From the NCBI GenBank assembly GCA_964252035.1, contig OZ176205.1: a stretch of 64,000 bases of DNA. One strand, 5' to 3'. Shown piece after piece: positions 48,961 to 60,245 of this stretch (position 1 is its first letter; each line of letters begins with the position of its first letter). The DNA is from Podarcis erhardii. Lineage: Eukaryota. A program made the position numbers and the translations under genes. The notes under the pieces are model-generated. The model did no database searches. It was not told the origin of the DNA and worked only from the letters and a program-made list of their open reading frames with translations.

Positions 48961-50846
48961 TATAGACAGATGGGGTTATGAGTAAGTTTCAAAACAACAG
49001 TAAAATCCATTTAAATAAAGTAAGATCAGAGAGTCAAAGCACAAAACAGAGCACTTGCATGTCAGCACTGCAGGTCTATGACATCAGTGGCTTAAGACAC
49101 TGCATGTAATTAGAATGGAAGAAACACAGCAAGGTTTTCAACATTAAATTTATTGCACAGGGTGCTCCTGCGGGGGACGGGGGGACGGGGGACTTTTCAG
49201 AGGTTTCCATGTGAGGCTGCAACACTGACGCTAGACTCCAGTTCAAACAACTCCTACTTGGACCACCATTGGATTTCTCAAACTGCGTACTGCTTACACT
49301 CAGGTGTAGTTTACACACGTGGCAAAACAAGGTGTTACTTTGAGGTGGTGCTATGGACAGTACCACTTCAGGCTGCAGGTGTGGCAATACTACTTTTGAA
49401 CACTCCACTGCATTAAAAACACGCTTTCCTACAAGCAAAAAGAAAAAACCCTAGCACATCATACAGAAGGGTTTTAGTCCAGCCCTGCCTTTGTCGACTT
49501 GCTGGGATTTGTCAGTTTGTTTGTTTTTCTAATATGCATTCAGAGCAGCTTCCGGCACCTGCAGTCTAAAGCGGTACAGTCCACTCGTACCAGCTTAGGA
49601 CTCTACCACTTGATTCTACCGCAGGCCTCAGAAATAATTAGTCAAGAGCCATACAAGTGGAACACAAATTATACTTCCCCCAGCCTGCCATTTGTAATAA
49701 CCTCCACAAAACAGGAATTTCTATGGCTCTCTGGTTTGAATTAAATGTTGGCTGCTTAAAAGGCCGGGGGGCGGGTGCAGAGACGGAGGTGCCCTCACTG
49801 CTAAACATTCTCTTAAAAACTTCCGGAGGTACAACACAACCATCCTCACCCAGTCCTGACAATGTTTTGGTAGAGTATCTGGAGTGTGTCATTCCACCAG
49901 AAGGCAGTGATGTAATCTCCACAGGAATGGTTATTCTGTTCTTTTATCTTGCACCTCACTCCTGGTGTGATTTACACATAGGCAGACTGGGGCCTGCTCC
50001 GTGGAAGACAAACAGCAGTTCACTCTCCAACTCCAGATTAGCTATGAAAACAATTTGCCTGTGCTTACACAGAAGCCCTACTCTCTGGAAACCAGCCAGG
50101 CTTGGGGGAGGGCAGGGGAGGGAATTAAATAAGGCCCATCTAGCCTTTAAACTATTATGAAATGGGAGGATTTTGGTGCCCTGCATTTCAGCTGCAAGCT
50201 AATAGTTCTGTGATTTTAATCCAAGGAAGAAGAGGAGGAGCTCTGATATACAGAACCACTGACTGAATATAAGCTCTGTCCCTGTCTCACTTGAATAGAA
50301 GGGAGGATTTGGATGGCTCATATGAAAACTGAAAGCTCAGTTCTCTAGAAATTGTTCACCTGCAGCTTATCTATCATTTCTAGAGTTCGGGTTGCTTTAC
50401 AATGGCACGTTTAATTTAATCCTTGTAACAACTTTGTAAGGTATGTTAGGAATAGTGACTCGTCAAAGGCCAGATAGCAAGCTGCCTCCCCCCCACCTCA
50501 CCCTGAAATTTTCTTAATATAGTTTCCCCCCCTCAATTAATAGTGTGTAGAAAAATCACACTAATATTAGCCTGCTGCACCACTGGCTCATATTTTGCTA
50601 GCAATTCTACTATCAGAAGATCCCACTACTATCAAAAGGCACAACTAAACACGTTTGTGGAAGGAGAAAATGATACACCAAGTTTACAAGTCTCTGGCCC
50701 TTTCCTTCTGGCATTTTGTTGCTGTGGTCCATTTGCTCTCCTTTGCTTTCTGTAGAGCTTGCTGGGACCCTACACTGACTGGATGCTCCAAGTCTTGGCA
50801 GAGACTTCCTATCCATGGTTGTTTATAGAGGCACCTTCTTTTAGAG

Positions 50847-50981
50847 ATGTGATGGCCATACTCAGCCTCCAACAGTTTTGGGACTACAACTCCCATCATC
50901 CCTAGCTAACAGGACCAGTGGTCAGGGATGATGGGAATTGTAGTCCCAAAACAGCTGGAGGGCCAAGTTTGGCCATCACTG
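50847..50981. mobile_element. hAT fold-back MITE (135 bp) with perfect 8-bp TSD
   Basis: About 55-bp inverted arms; TSD ttttagag at 50839-50846 and 50982-50989. Confidence 0.92.
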
Positions 50982-51829
50982 TTTTAGAGAGTTCCTGGGA
51001 TACAGATTCTGGCAGCCATAATTAGTTCCAATTGCTTTCAGATGACTTGGTTTAACTCAATTTTTTTCTTCAGGTAAGACCCCCCAATCTCCACACACAA
51101 CCACCTGAAATTTAGGTGAGTGGTTACTTAAGTGGGTGTGTCATCTTGGCCACGGCACCAGAAACGTTGCCTGGAGCAACGTTTATGTATTTTTGGTGCT
51201 AAAGACGATTTTATTTGGAGGGGACTTCAAGCATATTTTTTATAGCTTTCCTGGGTTTTGATGAGGTCTCAGTGATTTTTTTCATTGTTTAATTGCATTT
51301 GTTTTTAAATTGGACACCACCCTTTTTTAGTGAAGGGTGCTAATACATAGACCGAATAATTAAACTGCAGTGTTGTGCTAGGTGTTATACAGACAAACAA
51401 AATGGGACTGCAAAGATCTTACAACCTAAGCACAATACAATATATTAAGCCAGCAGGCAAAATAAAAAGAGCTTTTCTTCAAGCCTCTCAGCAGCGTAAC
51501 AAGAAAGCAGTAAGATGGCCTTGTGGCTGTGTTAGCCCTGCAAAGAACAATACTGCTGCAGAAAGAACTGAAAATGTAACAAATAAGAGGTGGGTATCCA
51601 CAGGATTACCACGAACTTGTATCCTTAATTATGCTGAGAAGCAGGTAAAAAAACCCCAAATTTCCTTCATCCATTGTATAATTTATAAAAATATGAGCAG
51701 AAAGTAACTTCCTAATCTAACTATAATGTGTACCAGTCCATGAGAAAGCAATATTTTTATACATGCTGTGAGCAGAATCAACTTAGACATTTTTGCCTGA
51801 AGCAGTTTGGGGCCCTACATGATCATCAC

Positions 51830-51830
<1 letters not shown>

Positions 51831-51878
<48 letters not shown>
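51831..51878. repeat. (ATT)16 microsatellite
   Basis: Seen directly. Confidence 0.95.
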
Positions 51879-51879
<1 letters not shown>

Positions 51880-54800
51880 CAATCTGGCTGGAATAAGAGG
51901 TGCCTCAAGTAACAATGTTAGATCCAGGAGTACCCCCAAGCTACATTCAGAACAGGCTGTCTTCCCGCCTCCTGGACCTTAACATATAAAACTTCAGTCT
52001 TTCCAGGATTCAGTTTCAATTTGTTGGCTGACATCAAGCCTATCTCTGCCTCCAAACACCTGTCTAGCACCTCAACCACCTCTTCTGATTGAGATGGGTG
52101 TCATCCACATATTGGTGACCCTGCACTCAAAGACTCCTGATGGCAGCTCTCAACATATAGATGTCAATAGCATGGGGTACAAGCGCCCTTTGCATTGAAC
52201 AGTGCCCCCTCCCATAACTACTTTCTGGAAATTACTCTGGGGGCAGGAGCAGACCCACTGCAATACAGTGTCCCCAACCCCCACCTCCCTGAGCCACACC
52301 AGAAGGAAACAGTGGTCACTGGTATCAAAAGCCACCAAAAGGTCAAAAAAGAGGTCTAATCCGATGCATAAAGCTTTAAGCCCCATCTGTGAAAATGATC
52401 AGTATTTAAATATCATCCTTTTCATATGTCAGCCTAACCATATTTTATAAGTTCTCAGGGACCAAGCAAGAATTATACAGTCATACTGTGAAAACAGATT
52501 TTTTAAAACTATAGCATGGAAGAGCTTGTGTTGGAATGCCAGTGCTTTCTTTAAGAAAATGTGCTCAGCTTACGGTTTGGGGGGCGGGGAGAGTTTTATC
52601 TCCTAACCAGCTGCTTTGCTCAACCTGAGATCAGATCCAATTCGTGTGCCTCCTCATGTATCACCTCCAGGAAGAAAGGTTGTTCAAGCCACATTCTGCT
52701 CTTGGCTACACATGTGGAACCTCCCTGGTGCCTTCAATAAACTTAGCCTAGGTGCAATGATTGGAGTCAGTGATACGCAGGAAAGCAGGAAGAAACCCGA
52801 CAGTTATCTGAACTGTGTTTACTCTTCTGGGTTAGCTTGAGTTAAAAAAAATATATTCAGCATTTGGATTATATCACTGAAAGTAACAAATAGGACCAGG
52901 CAAACAGAGTTATGCACTGCAGTGACATGGTTTCTACACTTGCTTTTCAAAAAGGAAATGCAGTGTACAGGAGCATGGTCAGAGCGCTTATGGACAGTAA
53001 CAATTACTTTAGACAAAGTAGGATAGCCCACCCGACAACTAACCACCCAAAAGTGTGCAGCAGGGTTAAATCCATGGCCCAATGATTTTACATCCGTGGT
53101 CCCAGGCTACAGAGGCTAAAGACAAAAATACAGCCCTTATAACAACAATATTACTGTTTGGGAAATGTGCCCCAACCTACAACATAATGGTTAAAAGAAA
53201 AAATTGGCAGTCAATAAGGAAGTTTTTTTAAGGGAAGGCTTTTCATGCCATCCAACAACGAATACAGCATCCATTAATAAAGCCGAAGAGAATACTTGCG
53301 CAATGCAAAGCCTATCACGGGTACTGGTAGAAATACAGAAAATTTCATTTCTGGTTCTGCAGCATGTGACAAAACCTTTGTCATATCACTTCACCTCTAT
53401 CCACCTGTAAAGTGGAGTTCATTATTGTGCTACTTTCCCAAAAGGTACAAGGATTGATTCAATTTACTGAAGCACTGTAATTAAACTTTCACATGCTCAG
53501 GGTTAATCTGTGCAGTTTAAATTTCATGCCATCTTTGTTACTATGAAATGTAAAAGGCAGAAAATCCAGTCAAGGTTTGGGTCTACAGTACCTGGCAACG
53601 CTAGTTGTAATCCTATGGTACCAAGTCACATTTAATCAACCCACAAATAATGGCTTCAGCTGTCTTACATTTCTGAGCAGCATTAATAAGTAAATAATTG
53701 GTCTGTTTGGCAAAAACTATCCCAGATATATTTACAGGATTAAAGGCTTCTAGTAGCAGATTGATTAACTGTCCCTCTATTTAAAAAAGAGTCACTGAAA
53801 GATGCCTGCTTGTTATTTTGATAATTTACTGGAGTCTTCAGTTTCATTACCTCTTGTCCAGTCTGAAACAAGCAACAGCAGTATTTTGCCAGGCAATAAG
53901 CCACTTAATGAAACAAGTTGTTTAGTAAATTCACTACATGCATCTTTTTATTGAGCTACATAATACTTCTAGGTAATAGTGGTAACTCTAAGCCATCAGT
54001 AAAGCAGTCTGAGAAGACAAAACAGAGGCTACCTAGGCCTAACAGTTTTAAGATACCTGAAACTGCTTGATATTTTTTTTTAAGGTACCAGACATGTAAC
54101 TCTACATTTGCCAATTGTGACCTTTTAGGCCAGCTCCCCAGGTCAGTGATCTGTTTATTGAAAGGTAAGCATTTACAGACCTGTACCTAGCACAACCTGA
54201 ACGGTTTCTGCCGTGTCTTAAAAGCAACCTTAACCACATTAACTGAATCAGGTATTAACAGAGGGCAGACAAGGTTCTCCTTACCTATGAAGCCTCTTAT
54301 TACCAACAGGTCTGAATTCAAGTCTAGAACCAGACATGTGATACTAAGAACTTGTTTTACTCATGCAAAAACCCCCTCCCCAAACATGCTTCCAAGAGAA
54401 TGTGACTGAAAACAAAAGCTGTGGATTAGTCAATGTATTCGAAGCAGCAATGTGAGAGCTTTCTTCAGCTTCGGTTCTGTTCTGGAATATTTTCTTGATT
54501 GGGGCAGGGGAGAGCAGCTCAGTCTCTACGCTCATTTAACCCTTGACCTCCGCCCTGCATCTGGGGTTGTTTGCTGTCAGTCACAATATTTGTGAGTGAA
54601 GAAATGCAGACAGCTACATTAGGTATCAACCCTTAAGGCAGCCCATTTAAATCGGTTTGAGGGGAAAGCATGCAATTGATAATGGATACCCTATAGCTCA
54701 AATCCTTAACCTGGCCAAAGGAAATTTCCCTGTACCTTCTCTCTTCGCCCTCAACATCGACTGGCATTTCTTCTCATCTCAGAGTGTGAAAAACGATTCT

Positions 54801-54970
54801 GCATCTCTTTCAAGCATCAGATCCAAGTCTTTTTGAGAAACAGGCTGCAATGGAAATGAGGAGGCATCTGGGCTTGGTCCACCCATTTAAGGCAAACCCT
54901 GTCATGCAATAAATCTGTGTGCATTTGGCAGGACCTGCTAAGTAGCCCTTAAATAAAACAATAGTCCTTT

Positions 54971-55283
54971 CTCTCTTTTTTAAAAATGAATTTTTAAATT
55001 AAATTTTCCATTTTCCATTTCCAAATAAACATTTTACAAACTTTAAAATATCCAGTGACTTCCGTTCTTCTCCTTCCATGTTTCGTTTTACATATCATAC
55101 ATCCCTGCATATTTTACTATAAACATTCAAATCAGTTTTCCATTTTTACATCCATCAAAAAAAGTTTACTCTGTTGAATTTATCTTAGTGCTGCCAGCAT
55201 TTTCAGCTGCATACAATTATTTTCCATATATTCAATAAATGTTTTCCACTCTTCTTTAAAGGTATGTTCTTCTTGCTCTCTTA
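54971..55283 (-). mobile_element. L1-clade LINE 3' fragment with target-site duplication
   Basis: Minus frame REQEEHTFKEEWKTFIEYMENNCMQLKMLAALR* is L1 ORF2 C-terminus-like, followed by an A-rich 3' UTR/tail. Flanked by aaaacaatagt[c/g]cttt at 54955-54970 and 55284-55299. Confidence 0.75.
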
Positions 55284-55602
55284 AAAACAATAGTGCTTTG
55301 CAGTCTCTCTTTTAGTACCCACAGGTACAGAAAGAGGCAAGACCAGCAGAAAAACAAGCAACACTCCTGATGAAAGCTGTAGCAAGTGCACCTTTATTGT
55401 ACACCGTTTCAGTAGCTGTTGGTTGTGAAGTGGCTTATACATCTGCAAACATACTCCTCTGCATGTGCCAGTTCTGCCATCTCTCTGTGGTGCACAGCAG
55501 TCTGGATATCAGAATTTGTATCTGCAGGAGATTGCTGCATGGGTGGGATGTGGGGGCCAGGGCTCGGTTACCTTGAGATCATTTTTGGTAGTATGTTTTA
55601 TT

Positions 55603-55953
55603 GGGGGGTGGAGCTGTGGGTTAAACCACAGAGCCTAAGACTTGCCGATCAAAATGTCGGCAGTTCAAATCCCCGCAACGGGGTAAGCTCCCGTTGCTCA
55701 GTCCCTGCTCCTGCCAACCTAGCAGTTCAAAAGCACGTCAAAGTGCAAGTAGATAAATAGGTACCGCTCCAGTGGGAAGGTAAACGGCGTTTCCGTGCGC
55801 TGCTCTGGTTTGCCAGAAGCGGCTTAGTCATGCTGGCCACATGACCCGGAAGCTGTACGCCGGCTCCCTCGGCCAATAAAGCAAGATGAGTGCCGCAACC
55901 CCAGAGTCGGTCACGACTGGACCTAATGGTCAGGGGTCCCTTTCCTTTACCTT
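55603..55953 (+). mobile_element. Sauria SINE, full length
   Basis: Highly similar to the reverse complement of 25931-26282; cctttaccttt-type tail. Confidence 0.93.
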
Positions 55954-57412
55954 GTCCCACAGTATTATGGGCACTTTGGTCCCAAACTAAGAGACAAATA
56001 GCAATGACAACAGCAATGCATTTTATGAAAGAAATGTTGGCCGAAAGGGAACGCAACTCGCTGATGCGCACCAGAGAAGACTTGACACAACTAGGAAGGT
56101 GTAAGCGGTAGCATGCCTCTTGACTGTTTAACCTCCTGCTATTTTGTACATGCTGACAAGCTTCCAGAGTAAGTACCTTAGCAGTTTAGATAAGACAGTC
56201 TGTGAATTTGCACCTTTAGTTCAAAATGCTCCGCTCAAGGGTCTTTCGTTCAATCTCCTATTTGAACAGTAAGGGGCAAATAGTGCTTATTTCAGCACTC
56301 ACGTCCCTTTCATTCAATCCCCCTGTCAGGATAATCACAAACTGCCATCCCCACTGCTTCTTTCCCCCGTTACAAGTGGCACAAAGCAAAGCAGCTTAAT
56401 GGGTCACTGTGCTGAAAATTGAAGTTAACCTCATAAAGTATGGGTATATATTCCCACTTGAATCACAAGCATAATTCTTGGCCCTTGGGGTCTCTCTGCT
56501 CAACCTCACAGACCGGTTGGACAAGCAAAGTTTGGTAGGCTTTTGTCTCACCCCACCCCACCGCCATGTGCCTCATGCCCGGGACAGATTTTAATGTTCC
56601 AAAGGAAGCTCAGCACTGACCTTATTGTCAAATAATACGGAAGAAGAGCAGTCTATTAAATAACATGCCAGGCAAAAACTAGATGCTACTGCAAAGAGCC
56701 AGTGTGGTATAATAGTTAAAAAAATCAAATGGAACATTTAAAAGCAACCTACAATAGTACAGTAGAGGTAAGCACAGAGAAGGACAACAGTGTCCAAAAT
56801 ATCTGATAAGGGTGTTTTGATTCATCAGCATAAATTTGTCTCAGCAATGACTAATATCCAATTGGCTCTTCAAAAATACCAAAGGGTACTTTTGTCCAAT
56901 AAACATATCCTGGGGGTACCCACTACTACTGCCCATCCCCAGCAGAGATGGCTGGGTCAGATTGATAAAATATCTCTGCCCAGTTTTCTTCCCCAGAGTC
57001 TAGACTACAAAAGCGTAAAAGAAACGACAACACTACAGGTCAGGGTTTAAACAGACTGCACAAACAGGTAAGACTGAATTTAAGTGGACTCCTGTTAAGC
57101 CTTTTCATCTCATTAAAGCTGCCTTCATCTTATATAGTGAGGTTTTAAATTTAATAATAGAACACTACCACACCTCATGCTAACCCGATTAACTTTAGAG
57201 TAAAGCACTATCTTGGCCATTTCATACAGATCTAAGCAGGAGATGGGTTTGTTTGTTTTTATTTCAAAATTCATCTCACTGCCCTGTTGGGTTAATAGTT
57301 CCAGCGTACTTCTGCCTGGGCTGCGTTTGTGAAATTGCCAACACTTTTTTTGCAACATTCACTCCTTGAAAAGCCTAATGAGTACTTATGCTGCTGCATA
57401 CGTATAAACAAT

Positions 57413-57447
<35 letters not shown>

Positions 57448-58983
57448 GTATGTATCTGCAATATAGCAGCAGTTATGCATAACCATCGTTTAAACAGTCA
57501 AAAGCAAGAGTAAAAGCCTACATCCCTGCTACTTTTCAATTTCTAGGTCTTTTGTGGCTCCCAGCAAGGACAGCAATTGAGTAAAAGCTGTTGCCAACTG
57601 CTTGCTGTACCCACAAATGGAGGTTTTAATCTAATTTTTAAAATCTAATTTTATTTCTAAGGGTCAAATACGTAGGTTAGTTGTAGAAGTCATAGACCTG
57701 TTGATAATGATCTCAGGCACCAGGCCCAAAGATGATCTGAAAAGTTGCCCTATCACTACACTCTTAGTGCCTGGTAAACTTTTATATCTCCTGATCTTCT
57801 AACCCATTTTCAGCATTAACCAGAGCATTACATTGTATCTGCACAAACATTAATGTCAACCATGGTTAGCTTTAACTAGAATTTAGAAGTTCGGTTTGAA
57901 GCTGGTTTGTAAATTCTGGGATAAAAAGGCAATGCTTGTTAACGATCACCTTATTACAGATGCCACGCTTCACCGTGGTTAATGCTGAAAATATGGGTGT
58001 CATGAAAGAGTTGAGAGAACATGAAGAGAGTTCAGGAGAGCCTCACAACAAGTTCCCAATTGCTTAAACTGTGGTTAGAAGTCCAGAAACATTGGTCCAG
58101 TTTTGCTGTCAGGAATGTGCTCTGTTCCCAGTCCCTCCTCCTCTTTTTCTGTTCTTCCTGCTTTGCTGTAACCATAGTTTGCAAGGCAAACTCTAGTTAC
58201 CCACAAACCATGATTGGGCTCCAAACAAGAAATGAAAACCATGGAATCATATTGTATGGATTCAGAAGTGAAAAAAGACAGGAAGGAAGAAATGTGCAAA
58301 CACAAAGCAAGTTCCCAACCACGGGCCACAATGTCTAAACCCGAGCCATTATGTCTCCAACAGGCCTTTGTGGCCAAACTTCAAGGGCATTCATGAGCAC
58401 ACAGTTGAAGGATCTTGTATATAAATAAAGGGTTGGGTGCGTCCCCCCCAGACAAAAATTGCACAGAGTATTCAGAACTCCTTTAAGACAGGCTGGGATA
58501 CACTGTGAATGAAATATCAGGTACTTTGGAATAATTTCCACATTAACGGCAATACTGCTTTACTCTTAGATGTGGTGCTAATAGCCTGTAACTATAATAA
58601 TTAAAATAGACTGCTACACTCTTTCCAACTAACATCTAAAAGCATGTGTTACAATAAATTATGAATAGTGCGCACATAAGTTACACATAAGTCTCCCTTC
58701 CCCTGCCAACTGTTGACACACACAGCTTAATCCTCTCTTTCTGAAACACACTGGAAACATGAAGAACAGCTATTTGAAATGCAAGTCCTAAATGTTCTAG
58801 CAGTCTAATTAATCATACTGCTCTAGCTACCACTTGCTGAAATTTACTCTTGTAGGAGGAACTAGATGACCGAAATTGGTTTTGCCAAAGCCTTTAAGAA
58901 GCCAAGCGCATGAAGGGTGTTTTCATTCAAAACTGCATCTAAATTTACAAATACGAATGACGCACTTGTATAAGAAGCCATAA

Positions 58984-59178
58984 TTCAGGGGTAGCATACG
59001 TGCGCAGCATTTAGAGTGGTTCCAGGTTCGATTTCTGTTGTCCCTATTTAAATGAATCTCAGGTAGCAGGGCTTGGAAAGCCGTTTGCCACTCGCAATAG
59101 ATATTACTGCTTAGAGCTGACATTATTAGGCTACATGAGCTGGTTATCTGACTCAGTATAAGGCACCCTCATTTGTTC
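58984..59178 (+). mobile_element. tRNA-derived squamate SINE (Squam2/Anolis SINE2-like), degenerate
   Basis: gttccaggttcgatt B-box region and tctgactcagtataaggca 3' end. Confidence 0.6.
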
Positions 59179-59997
59179 AAAATTATACCTTCGGAAAGAC
59201 TATTCCAGGTTAGAAGAATTGTTGCCAAATCAAGGTATCAGATATGAACAGCACTTGAAAGGACAGGGGTTTGGACCAAATTTCAGCAGTGAGCGACATC
59301 TGCTCAGCCAGAACTACAGGCCTCTCCAGACATAAAACTCCAAGAAAAAAATACAACTTTTCGTCACAAAAGTTCCACCCACAGCACCAGTATAATGATA
59401 TGTATAGAAGTGTATAGAATTATACATTGGGAAGTTTATAGAATTATGGCGAAGTCTCTCTATGCTGAGCTATAATGTCCAGCATTACATGCATGGGACA
59501 GATTTGGTACCCAAAACAGGCATCTCCAAAACAAGCATCACATGTAAGCAGTCAAGGTAACACAAGGCGATTGCAAGTGATCAATTTTGCGTCTTGGATG
59601 ATGGTAGGTCTCCTGGTGCCGCCACCACATCATACAACAAAACGAGTGCTCTGATAAAAGTTAAAAGTTTCATAGTTACAGTTGGAACAGTTTCTTTCAT
59701 GTTATGCCTTCTGTACAATTCAAGCATGGGTGGGCAGGGGTACCTGAACCATCTACACAGATAAATTTTATATATAACATTCATTCATTTACTCACTCAC
59801 CCACCCACCCACCCACCCACCCACCCCTATGTTCCAGGTCAAAACATTGTTAAATGTTGAACATGATTATAAACAATGGTGCCTTTGTTACCAGCAAAAT
59901 ATTTATCTTAGTGGTTCTTTTGAGCACACAGTAACTTTTAGAAACACTGATCTAATGCTTAGAAAAAAGAGATGTGTGTTTATTTTCTAGTACCTCT

Positions 59998-60000
<3 letters not shown>

Positions 60001-60034
<34 letters not shown>
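60001..60034. repeat. (TG)n microsatellite; others at 21714-21737, 60356-60398 and (CA)n 61085-61110
   Basis: Seen directly. Confidence 0.95.
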
Positions 60035-60038
<4 letters not shown>

Positions 60039-60127
60039 CATTATTGTGGGTGGGAGACTGTTGCTACAGCCCCACTCTTTTTTGTTTAAAGATACTGTAA
60101 TATGCTTGTAGTTGATGTGGTTTACCG

Positions 60128-60245
60128 GTATAAAATAGCTCAGTTGGTAGAGAATGAGACTCTTAATCTCATGGTCCTAAATTCGAGCCCCATGTTGGGA
60201 GAAAGATTCCTGAACTGCAGGGGGTTGGAGTAGATGAGTCTATGA
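60128..60245 (+). mobile_element. SINE with tRNA-Lys(CTT)-derived head and truncated CR1 tail
   Basis: tagctcagttggtagag.atgagactCTTaatctc...ttcgagccccatgttggg, then attcctg..ctgcagggggttgga.tagatga. Confidence 0.85.

Noticed and set aside
49657-50160. 167-aa plus-strand ORF
   Set aside because: No recognisable domain, TTG/GTG-type start and no supporting exon structure; ORFs of this size can arise by chance.
60128-60245. tRNA-Lys(CTT) gene
   Set aside because: Acceptor and T stems are broken and it runs directly into a CR1 tail, so it is a SINE.
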